From: an uncultured cyanobacterium
GTDB taxonomy: Bacteria > Cyanobacteriota > Cyanobacteriia > Cyanobacteriales > CAWCAG01
Length of the DNA stretch: 64,000 nt
Direction: 5' to 3'
Assembly (NCBI GenBank): GCA_963803805.1
Contig: CAWDOD010000010.1
Coordinates: 320,001-384,000 of the forward strand
A program made the position numbers and the translations under genes. Position 1 is the stretch's first letter; the number at the start of each line of letters is the position of its first letter. Positions 9,241-17,491 of this stretch are shown here, piece after piece. The notes beneath the pieces were generated by a model, which was not told the origin of the DNA, ran no database searches, and worked only from the letters and a program-made list of their open reading frames with translations.

Positions 9241-11427
9241 TTAAAGTTGAGGAAGATTCCCTGCTAGTAGCGGGGCAATCCTCCCTTTACTTTTCAAACG
9301 ATAAGCGAGAATATCTACCAATAACGCTGACTGCCCAAAACAGATTGAATAGGGTGCTGTAGCATCATGAATACTCGCCTCGTCGCAGATAGGATAAATC
9401 TGAAAGTGCATCGGCAACTGTAAACGCATCCTCACCTCCGCAACGGGGCAAGGCAACAGATAACAAACCAAACCTTCTAACTTCAAGCATTGATTAAGCT
9501 TACTAATCCAGTAATTATCCGGTTGCCAAACTTGCAAACCTAATAAAACTTGTACCTTCCAAGCATCAACAAGGGGTTTTAAATCCCCAGGATAAGTAAA
9601 TTTCCAATTCAACCTCTCTTCTCGATATTCATGTAACTTAAGAAAAGCGAGACAGTAACTAAATCTCCCTTTAGCTATGGGTTCCTCCAAATCCTTAACA
9701 GTCTCTCCCAACTGACGCAGATATGCTGCTTTTGTCATGGGTTCAACTACTAAGTTACTCAAAATTCCCGGTAAACCGTAGGTTTTAAAACGATCTGCTT
9801 CATTGTTTTCTGTTAAGTCATAAATGCCACATTGCAAAGGACTTGAACCGCGAAAACTAGCTGCATCCTCTAAAATAGGGTTGCCCTTTTCCTTGCCAGA
9901 AAGTTGCAACCACTCCCTTTCCCAAGCTTTGCTGCGTCCGAAAACTGACTTTAAGTTGGCATCAAATATCTTCTCACAAGCTGCCAGAAAAGCCTGCTGA
10001 CTCCCAGCATATTGCTGCCTAATTGTAGGCGCACCTAACTGCCGACACAGTACCATCGATTGCACTGCACCCCAACGGGAATAGTAATGGCTAAAATCAT
10101 TAATCTTGCGATATTTATCTTTAATCTGATTGTGAAAAAAGAGGCGTTCACAAAGTGTCTCCGAAGGAGAATCGCAAACTCCCCCATTTTCTAAAGGTGG
10201 TGAATCTCCTAAAAACAACCTCTCTACCAAAAAGTTTGGTACTAAAGCATAAGCAGTAAACTCTTTAAATTCAACATCTCCATAACCACCATGTCTCCCC
10301 AAACGTCCCAAACGTTGGATAAAGTTACCTGCATCTGCTGCTTCAAACAGGAGGAAGTTAATCTTAAAATCAACACCAACATCAATCGTACTCGTACCAA
10401 TCACTAAATCTGCACTTAGGGATTCCAGCTTCTCCCTTTTCCCAGATAAGCCTGTATTTTCCCCCACAGTTAAGCCGTGAGGTTGCAACAGTTTTCGTAA
10501 CCAAGGGGTTAAACGCTTCACTGCGGCAATAGAGTTGAGAATAATTGCCCCTTTGCTACCAGGGGAAGTAAGAAAACGATTAACAATCAACTCACCATTC
10601 TCTTTAATCCAAACTTCCGAAGCTTTAGACTTAGATTCTAAGGAAACAAAATTTAAGTTAATTCCCCTTGTTACCAACCGCCATCCTGATGTTGCTGCAA
10701 AGCGATATTTATCTTCTGCAATGGGATCAATGATGCGACAACGAAACCCTGCATCCTGCAAACGTCCCACAAATTCAGAATGAGGAGTAGCTGAGAGGAA
10801 AAGAAATTTCTTCTGGCGATTAGTGTAGCGGATCAACAACATGGTATTGATCACACTAGTTTCCTGGGGAGGGGCAAAAACATGAAACTCATCGAAGATA
10901 AACAAATTAAAAAGCTTGTCAATCTGGTTCCACAGCCGATCGGGACTATCGCCAAACATGAGATACTTACTACGATGCAAGTAATGAAAAATATCAGGAT
11001 TAGTCAGTAAAACTTCTGAATTATTTGCACGAGTTTCTAAAGCAGCCCTCTTTTTTAACCCTTCCTTTTCAGCATAAATTTCTAAATCCTCCCCACTAAG
11101 GCGATTAACACGAGGATCATCTTCCGGTTGAAACTTGGCAATGTAATCATAAACTTGTTTTTCTTGATCCCTTGCTAACTCGTTTGTGGGATATAAAGCG
11201 ATCGCATAGGATTCTCCTTGTAAAGTGTCCAGGTAAGCCGCTAAACTTTTCCCATCCCCTGTCATCGCTGTGTTGAAAACCACATCAACTTCAGGATCAC
11301 GAATTGCTTTTAAGGTTTCCAGTTGATGCCAAGAAAGCCTCCAACCTTCAGGTAATTTAATCCCCTCTGGTAACTCCGTTGCCGGGGCAGAATAAACTGG
11401 TTTTAAAGTGATTGTATACTCGGACAT
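9241..11427 (-). CDS. cas3: Type I-D Cas3' helicase (no HD domain)
   Basis: Walker A TAMTGDGKS, DEFH, LSATP, STIDVGVDF, QRLGRLGRH; the HD nuclease is on Cas10d as expected for I-D. Confidence 0.92.
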   Translation of the reverse strand: MSEYTITLKPVYSAPATELPEGIKLPEGWRLSWHQLETLKAIRDPEVDVVFNTAMTGDGKSLAAYLDTLQGESYAIALYPTNELARDQEKQVYDYIAKFQPEDDPRVNRLSGEDLEIYAEKEGLKKRAALETRANNSEVLLTNPDIFHYLHRSKYLMFGDSPDRLWNQIDKLFNLFIFDEFHVFAPPQETSVINTMLLIRYTNRQKKFLFLSATPHSEFVGRLQDAGFRCRIIDPIAEDKYRFAATSGWRLVTRGINLNFVSLESKSKASEVWIKENGELIVNRFLTSPGSKGAIILNSIAAVKRLTPWLRKLLQPHGLTVGENTGLSGKREKLESLSADLVIGTSTIDVGVDFKINFLLFEAADAGNFIQRLGRLGRHGGYGDVEFKEFTAYALVPNFLVERLFLGDSPPLENGGVCDSPSETLCERLFFHNQIKDKYRKINDFSHYYSRWGAVQSMVLCRQLGAPTIRQQYAGSQQAFLAACEKIFDANLKSVFGRSKAWEREWLQLSGKEKGNPILEDAASFRGSSPLQCGIYDLTENNEADRFKTYGLPGILSNLVVEPMTKAAYLRQLGETVKDLEEPIAKGRFSYCLAFLKLHEYREERLNWKFTYPGDLKPLVDAWKVQVLLGLQVWQPDNYWISKLNQCLKLEGLVCYLLPCPVAEVRMRLQLPMHFQIYPICDEASIHDATAPYSICFGQSALLVDILAYRLKSKGRIAPLLAGNLPQL
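10147..10170. repeat. 24-nt short dispersed repeat inserted in a HIP1 site, in frame in cas3
   Basis: GCG|TTCACAAAGTGTCTCCGAAGGAGA|ATCGC; removing it restores GCGATCGC; it adds SPSETLCE to Cas3. Confidence 0.75.
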
Positions 11428-11519
11428 AACTTACATTTTGTGTCCGTAACTTGTTGATATTTCCTATCATGCCACCCACAATAAAGATAATCAAGAAGTT
11501 TCCGTATAAAGTGTCCGTA
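11421..11519. promoter_or_regulatory. Divergent cas3/WYL promoter region with repeated TGTCCG motif (candidate operator)
   Basis: CGGACA-N14-TGTCCG inverted pair (11421-11446); GTGTCCGTA at 11440 and 11511; TTTCCGTA at 11499. Confidence 0.45.
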
Positions 11520-11524
11520 CAAAT

Positions 11525-12403
11525 ATGAGCCGTCAAGGTCAATCCATAACCCTATCAATATCGGAACCTGATAAAGCCGAATTAGAAAGCCTAGCCTTAG
11601 AATTTGGTATGAAGTGGGGTGAACGTCCTAACATTTCTAAATTAGTAGAAGCGATCGCCCGTCGCAAACTCCAAATTGCCCCTAACCACAACTGGGAAGC
11701 TAGCCGCATCAACGCCTTGGAGAAAGCAAAAAACGCTTTAATTGATGCAGGCATGATCGAAGAGGCAACGGCGATCGCTCACTTGCTCCTTGAACGTAGC
11801 GAAATTACCATACCTTTAAGAGATAGAATCCAACAATTTCTGGGTAATCCTCCTCCACCGTGGCGACTAGAATTGGATAGATACATCAAGCGTCAACAAC
11901 CCTTTCAACTTTTTTACCAAGATGCTACAGGTCGTCCCTGGGATTTCACGGTACGTTATGCTCAAATAGTTTCTCATCAAGAAAGGCAGTATTTAGATTG
12001 TTGGTGTGAAGAAATAGAAGGAAACTTAGATATAGAAGCACTCCAACATAACTGGAGTTTACGAATCGACCGTATCCCCGAAGCTGCTATTATGCCAGTG
12101 AAGGGTCAATGGCGAGGGAATTTAGATAAGGTGCAAGTAGAAATACACTTTTTTGAACGGTTAGCCTTTGCTTATAAGGTTAAGGCAGAGGATGAGTTAA
12201 GTGAATGGCTGCCGGAACAACCGAGAGTAAAACGTGTATTGCGTCTAATTTCTAGTACCTATTGGTTGATCCGAGAAATATTCAAAAATTCCCCTGATGC
12301 AGCAATTATTTCTCCCCAATCAGTACGCGATCGCTTTATCAAACAGCTAGCTTCCCTGAATGAGAAATATGGTTTGGTAATTCAAGCAAAAGATGATCAG
12401 TAA
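11525..12403 (+). CDS. WYL-domain transcriptional regulator of the type I-D locus (Sll7009-like)
   Basis: N-terminal RHH-like SITLSISE..KAELE.LA; RQYLDCWCEE and NWSLRIDRI WYL core; divergent from cas3. Confidence 0.85.
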   Translation: MSRQGQSITLSISEPDKAELESLALEFGMKWGERPNISKLVEAIARRKLQIAPNHNWEASRINALEKAKNALIDAGMIEEATAIAHLLLERSEITIPLRDRIQQFLGNPPPPWRLELDRYIKRQQPFQLFYQDATGRPWDFTVRYAQIVSHQERQYLDCWCEEIEGNLDIEALQHNWSLRIDRIPEAAIMPVKGQWRGNLDKVQVEIHFFERLAFAYKVKAEDELSEWLPEQPRVKRVLRLISSTYWLIREIFKNSPDAAIISPQSVRDRFIKQLASLNEKYGLVIQAKDDQ

Positions 12404-12439
12404 AAACTGCATTTCAAAAGATGCGGCCCTCAATGGTCT

Positions 12440-13366
12440 TTAATTTGTTTTAGCACGCATCAGCAGAGCAGTTTCGGGCGGTACTCTAACCTTTGAGGCT
12501 AACTTAAAAAACTCAAGGCTTTTAATAAAGCCAAAGGTGGGATCTGGTAAATAAACAACTTCTCCATTTTTAATCGTAATGCCATGGCGACTGGATGACT
12601 GAAAAGCATGATGAAGATTATGCCAGCCTTCACCTAAAGTTAGAAAGGCGACAAACCCATTATTGCGGCTGTTATCATCGGTGACAAAGGGTTGCTTGCC
12701 AAAAATATGGCTGAGGGAGTTGACAGTTTGCACTCCATGAAATAGCAAAGTTGTGCTAAGGAAAAAAGCACCGAGATATTCCAGCCCACCAATACCATAG
12801 GAAATAGCCCCAAGTACTATTAAAGGGAGGAAATGTAGGCGATCAATCACCCTTAATACAATATCTTTTTCAACATCTGCTGGCAGTTTGTCAGGAAGGA
12901 AACAAGAGGATAACAGCCAGCCCCCTTGCGACCAATAGAACCCTCTGATACCTTGAGTTGGAGTGTAGGGAGAATGGGTATCAAATTCTTGATCTGCATA
13001 TTTATGATGAGCTAGATGATGTGCTTTCCACCAACTGGGCCCCATTTGCCCTGCTGAGGCTCCGACGATGCAACCCAGCCAGAGAAATAGAGGGGGAGTT
13101 TGATAACTTTTGTGGGTGAGTAGGCGATGGTAAATCCCTGTGGTTGCTAGCATACGGATAGCATACAAAAATACGAGCCAAACCACAGCCCCCCATGACA
13201 AACCAGTTGTGAAAACAAGTAGTGAACCGATATGGCTAACCAGAATCAGTATCGGACCGATTACATAAGCAATCATTGTCGGTAATGAGTACTGCTTCAT
13301 GGTACTGATTGGCGTAGATGCAGGAGAATTAATTTGTGTCATGTATGAGACGAATGGCGATCGCAC
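12440..13366 (-). CDS. Membrane fatty-acid desaturase (delta-9 type)
   Basis: Three His boxes HRLLTH, HHLAHH and GEGWHNLHH; hydrophobic segments; true start may be downstream. Confidence 0.85.
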   Translation of the reverse strand: MRSPFVSYMTQINSPASTPISTMKQYSLPTMIAYVIGPILILVSHIGSLLVFTTGLSWGAVVWLVFLYAIRMLATTGIYHRLLTHKSYQTPPLFLWLGCIVGASAGQMGPSWWKAHHLAHHKYADQEFDTHSPYTPTQGIRGFYWSQGGWLLSSCFLPDKLPADVEKDIVLRVIDRLHFLPLIVLGAISYGIGGLEYLGAFFLSTTLLFHGVQTVNSLSHIFGKQPFVTDDNSRNNGFVAFLTLGEGWHNLHHAFQSSSRHGITIKNGEVVYLPDPTFGFIKSLEFFKLASKVRVPPETALLMRAKTN

Positions 13367-13556
13367 TGAATAAGTAGTAAATACCAGTTATCATAACTCT
13401 TACTATATAAATGGGTGGCAGCTTAACTAATCATTTATCATTGATAACTAGTGGTCTATCAATTGAAAATTGAGGGGGAAAGGGAACCTTTCATCATCAA
13501 AACTATCCTTAAAATGCTGCTCTGAGAGATTACTAGTAACCGATAACTGATAACTG

Positions 13557-15713
13557 ATGCTCAATTTCCCGAAAACCATAGCCCAAGAACTTTCCTTACG
13601 TCCTTCCCAAGTCGAAAATACCCTGGAATTGTTAGCCCAAGGAGCAACCATTCCTTTTATTTCTCGCTATCGTAAAGAACGTACTGGAGGGTTAGATGAG
13701 GTTCAGTTAAGGGAGTTGGCTGACCGCTATACTTATCTGAGTGAGTTAGAAAAGCGCAAAGAAAGTATTTTAGAGGCCATCGCCTCCCAAGGAAAGTTGA
13801 CGGCGGCTTTGCAGCAGCAAATTGAGTCTTGTCAGCAGAAAAATGAGTTAGAAGACCTTTATCTTCCTTATAAAGCTAAGCGTCGTACTAGGGCAACAGC
13901 AGCGCGGGAGAAGGGTTTGGAACCTTTAGCAGAGTTTATTGAACAGCTTAACCATCCCCAAGGAAAATCTCTATCTTTAGAGGAGGAAGCAAGCAAGTAT
14001 TTATCTGTTGAACACAAGGTTAATACCATAGAAGATGCCCTCCAAGGTGCTAGGGATATTTTAGGGGAATTAGTGGCCCAAAAAGCAGAGTTGCGGGCTT
14101 ATTTGCGAGACTTTTTGTGGCAAACGGGGGAGTTTGTTGCCCAAGTTAAAAAGGATTTTCCCGAAGGTACAACGAAGTTTGAAATGTACCGCAACTATCG
14201 CCTTAAGGTGAAAAAAATTGCCCCCCACAACTTGTTAGCTTTGTTTCGTGGGGAAGCGGAGAAAGTTTTAAATGTGGATTTAGATTTCTCTACAGAAACA
14301 GCGATCGCTTATTTAGAAAAACAAGAAAGCCATAGCAAAAGTGCGGAGGTACGCCAGTTTTATCAAGTGATGTTGAAGGATGCTTTTAATCGCTTGCTGA
14401 AACCGGCTTTAATTCGGGAGGTACGTAGTGAAGCAAAAAACTATGCCGATTTGGAGTCGATTGAAACCTTTGCTACTAATTTAAGGGAACTTTTATTAGC
14501 ACCACCGGGGGGAAGAAAGTCTACTTTAGCTATTGATCCTGGCTTTCGTACCGGTTGCAAGGTGGCTGTACTCTCCGACACAGGACAATTTAAGGAGTAT
14601 CAAGCTATTTTTCCCCATACGGGGGAGAAGAAGCGCCCAGAAGCAATGAAAACTATTCAGAATTTGATTAGCAAGTACCATATTGAACTTATTGCCATCG
14701 GCAACGGTACTGCTTCCCGTGAAACCGATGCTTTCGTTACTGAGGCAATCGCCACTCTGCCTCAACAACCTATTAAGGTGATGGTTAACGAATCTGGGGC
14801 TTCTATTTACTCTGCTAGCGATGTCGCCCGTGCTGAGTTTCCTGATCTTGATGTTACCGTACGAGGGGCGATTAGTATCGGTCGTCGTTTGCAAGATCCT
14901 TTAGCAGAGTTGGTGAAAATTGCCCCTCAATCTATTGGGGTAGGGCAGTATCAACATGATGTTGATGGTAAGTTATTGCAGAAGAAGTTAGAAGAAACGG
15001 TGGAAAGCTGCGTTAATTATGTGGGGGTGGATTTAAACACTGCTTCTCAGGAATTACTCAGCTATGTTTCCGGCTTAAATCCTAGGGTTGCTCAAAATAT
15101 TGTTACCTACCGCAATGAAAAAGGGGCATTCCGCAACCGTCGTCAACTTCTCAAAGTAGCTAAGTTGGGGACAAAAGCTTTTGAACAAGGGGCAGGATTT
15201 CTACGCATCCGGGGGGGAGATAACCTTTTAGATAATACGGCGGTACATCCAGAAAGCTATCCTGTGGTGAAGGCGATCGCAACTGATGTGGCTATTCCTT
15301 TAACGGAAGTTAGCAAGTTGGGTAGCAAGATGCAAAACCTCGATTTGCAAAAATACGTTACTACAGAAATTGGCTTACCTACCCTCAAAGATATTATCAA
15401 AGAGTTAGAAAAGCCAGGTAGAGATCCTAGGGCAGAGTTTAAATACGCCACCTTTAAAACGGGGATCAATGAGGTTAAGGATTTACAAGAGGGGATGGAG
15501 TTAGAAGGAGTTGTTACCAATGTGGTTAACTTTGGTGCTTTTGTTGATGTTGGTGTACATCAAGATGGTTTAGTTCACATTTCTCAATTAGCTAATCGTT
15601 TTGTAAGCGATCCTAATGAGATAGTTAAGGTAGGAGATATAGTGAAAGTGAAAGTTTTGGAAGTTAATGAAAAGTTAAAACGAATTAGTTTGTCAATGAA
15701 AGCAGTTTGCTAG
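13557..15713 (+). CDS. tex: Tex family RNA-binding transcription accessory protein
   Basis: ATIPFISRYRKERTG, IDPGFRTGCK, SIGVGQYQHDV, C-terminal S1 domain. Confidence 0.95.
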   Translation: MLNFPKTIAQELSLRPSQVENTLELLAQGATIPFISRYRKERTGGLDEVQLRELADRYTYLSELEKRKESILEAIASQGKLTAALQQQIESCQQKNELEDLYLPYKAKRRTRATAAREKGLEPLAEFIEQLNHPQGKSLSLEEEASKYLSVEHKVNTIEDALQGARDILGELVAQKAELRAYLRDFLWQTGEFVAQVKKDFPEGTTKFEMYRNYRLKVKKIAPHNLLALFRGEAEKVLNVDLDFSTETAIAYLEKQESHSKSAEVRQFYQVMLKDAFNRLLKPALIREVRSEAKNYADLESIETFATNLRELLLAPPGGRKSTLAIDPGFRTGCKVAVLSDTGQFKEYQAIFPHTGEKKRPEAMKTIQNLISKYHIELIAIGNGTASRETDAFVTEAIATLPQQPIKVMVNESGASIYSASDVARAEFPDLDVTVRGAISIGRRLQDPLAELVKIAPQSIGVGQYQHDVDGKLLQKKLEETVESCVNYVGVDLNTASQELLSYVSGLNPRVAQNIVTYRNEKGAFRNRRQLLKVAKLGTKAFEQGAGFLRIRGGDNLLDNTAVHPESYPVVKAIATDVAIPLTEVSKLGSKMQNLDLQKYVTTEIGLPTLKDIIKELEKPGRDPRAEFKYATFKTGINEVKDLQEGMELEGVVTNVVNFGAFVDVGVHQDGLVHISQLANRFVSDPNEIVKVGDIVKVKVLEVNEKLKRISLSMKAVC

Positions 15714-15770
15714 TTGCTAATATCTCCTAACCGCAGGCAACAGTAAGTTCTCAAAATTATTTATTATCCA

Positions 15771-15980
15771 TTATTTTTTTGCAGCCAATACTGCTTCAGA
15801 AAAACAAGCAGATAAGGGAACTAAATCGGTGAACTCGTGAGGAGTTGTTTCGCTTTTATTCTTCAGTATTACTGCTGACAAGTCAGGCATTTTTTCCCTA
15901 CAGTGGGGGCAAAACCAATAAATTTTGCTGTGAGCAACATGGCGTAGCATTAAACGAGAGCAACAAGGGCAGTCAGTCAT
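15771..15980 (-). CDS. Small zinc-ribbon protein
   Basis: CPCC...MLRH...YWFCPHCREKMP. Confidence 0.7.
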   Translation of the reverse strand: MTDCPCCSRLMLRHVAHSKIYWFCPHCREKMPDLSAVILKNKSETTPHEFTDLVPLSACFSEAVLAAKK

Positions 15981-16025
15981 GATTTTGATCCTAAATAAAG
16001 TTTTAAAAAAAGATGATTTAATGAT

Positions 16026-16074
16026 TAAGTATCAACAAGGGTCAAACTCGAAGTTTGACCCTTGTTGATACTTA
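16026..16074. terminator. Perfect 23-bp inverted repeat (terminator or mRNA-stabilising hairpin)
   Basis: TAAGTATCAACAAGGGTCAAACT-CGA-AGTTTGACCCTTGTTGATACTTA, overlapping the stop codon of the 16072 gene. Confidence 0.7.
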
Positions 16075-16386
16075 GGTGATTGAGGCTGTTTGTTGTAGTG
16101 TAATTTTTGTCGCCAAAATATCTTTGATTCCTCTACTAATTATTGACTCTTTTTGCAATCTTCTAGCTGCTGGTTCTCGATATAAATATTCTAGTTCAGT
16201 TACTTCTTGCCCTTGCTCAATAGCAACATATGAGTTAGGAATCCTACTAAGAACATAGGCGAGTAAGTCTTGATACAAGTCGTTTTGGGCGTAAGCAGCT
16301 TGAATAGCATAGGGCTGTTCTGCCAAAATATACTTGATTTCTTCACCCACAGAAAACAGTGTTATGTTGACTAGATTTTTACTCAT
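16072..16386 (-). CDS. ComFB (late competence development)-like protein
   Basis: LVNIT...EEI..IL...PY....DLLAYVLSRIPNSY pattern. Confidence 0.6.
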   Translation of the reverse strand: MSKNLVNITLFSVGEEIKYILAEQPYAIQAAYAQNDLYQDLLAYVLSRIPNSYVAIEQGQEVTELEYLYREPAARRLQKESIISRGIKDILATKITLQQTASIT

Positions 16387-16609
16387 CTTCTTCTGAATAC
16401 CATCGCTAGTTAGATAAGATTGAATTGAGACTACACACTTTGAAAAAGTTGCAGTTCAAGTAAAAACGAACAAACTGATTTACTATACTTTTAACCTTAA
16501 CTTACTAAAAAGAAATAAATGGGGTAAAAATCGGTTATAAAACGGTTAAGTGAAGTTAACTAGAAAAGAGCAGTTATCAATTACAAGTAATTTAGAAAAA
16601 ACCCCTGAA

Positions 16610-17284
16610 TCAAATCTGCTTTAAGCGATAACCGATACTATGAACTGTTTCAATAAGATCACGGGGAGCGCCTGCTGCCCTTAGTTTACGCCGTAGACTT
16701 TTGATATAAGTTTTAACCGTTTCATCTCCGGGGGGATCTTCAAGTGACCAAATATGTTCAATAATGATACTGCGGCTAAGAACTCGGCGACCATTACGTA
16801 AAAAAAGTTCTAGGAAACCATATTCTTTTTGAGTTAAATTGAGAGGTTTATTATTATAAAAAGCTTCAAAAGTACTAGGATTAAAAGTCAAGTTCTCCCA
16901 ACGCAAAATTGGTAAAGATTGATTGTTTCCTCGGCGTAATAAGGCTCTAATCCTGGCAAATAATTCTGGTAAATCAATGGGTTTAATAACATAATCATCA
17001 GCTCCCGCATCTAAACCCGCTACTTTATCATTACTAGTATCACGGGCAGTTAACATCAAAATTGGCATTGTATAGTTTTGGCAGCGCATTTTCTTGCAAA
17101 CTTCTAAGCCACTTAATTTGGGCAACATAACATCTAATAAAACAATGTCGTATTCTAAGGTTGTAATATGCTGCCAAGCTATTTCTCCATCACTAACCAG
17201 ATCGACTATGTAGCCAAGATCGCTTAGTGCTTCTGCTAACGTCTCAGCAAGAGGAATATCATCTTCTACTAAAAGAATTCTCAT
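16610..17284 (-). CDS. OmpR-family response regulator
   Basis: MRILLVEDD, LLDVMLP, GLDAGADDYVIKP, winged-helix IETVHSIGYRL. Confidence 0.95.
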   Translation of the reverse strand: MRILLVEDDIPLAETLAEALSDLGYIVDLVSDGEIAWQHITTLEYDIVLLDVMLPKLSGLEVCKKMRCQNYTMPILMLTARDTSNDKVAGLDAGADDYVIKPIDLPELFARIRALLRRGNNQSLPILRWENLTFNPSTFEAFYNNKPLNLTQKEYGFLELFLRNGRRVLSRSIIIEHIWSLEDPPGDETVKTYIKSLRRKLRAAGAPRDLIETVHSIGYRLKQI

Positions 17285-17491
17285 AAGTAAGTATTAGATT
17301 TGAAGATGAATAAGTCTCAAGAATTTTTGTTCTTCTTCATTTCCTGAAAAATCACTTTTGTCAACTCCTTATAAAATAATCATATCTTTCTTTTACAATT
17401 TGCATATACTTCTTAATTAAAAGCAAAGAAAACTAACTATTTTACTCTCCAAAAATATTTATTTAATTCATGACTTTCAAGGAGCAAAGAA

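Noticed and set aside
2598-12403. Type I-D CRISPR-associated transposon
   Set aside because: There is no tnsABC/tniQ in the window, and cas3 and the Cas10d HD motif are retained.
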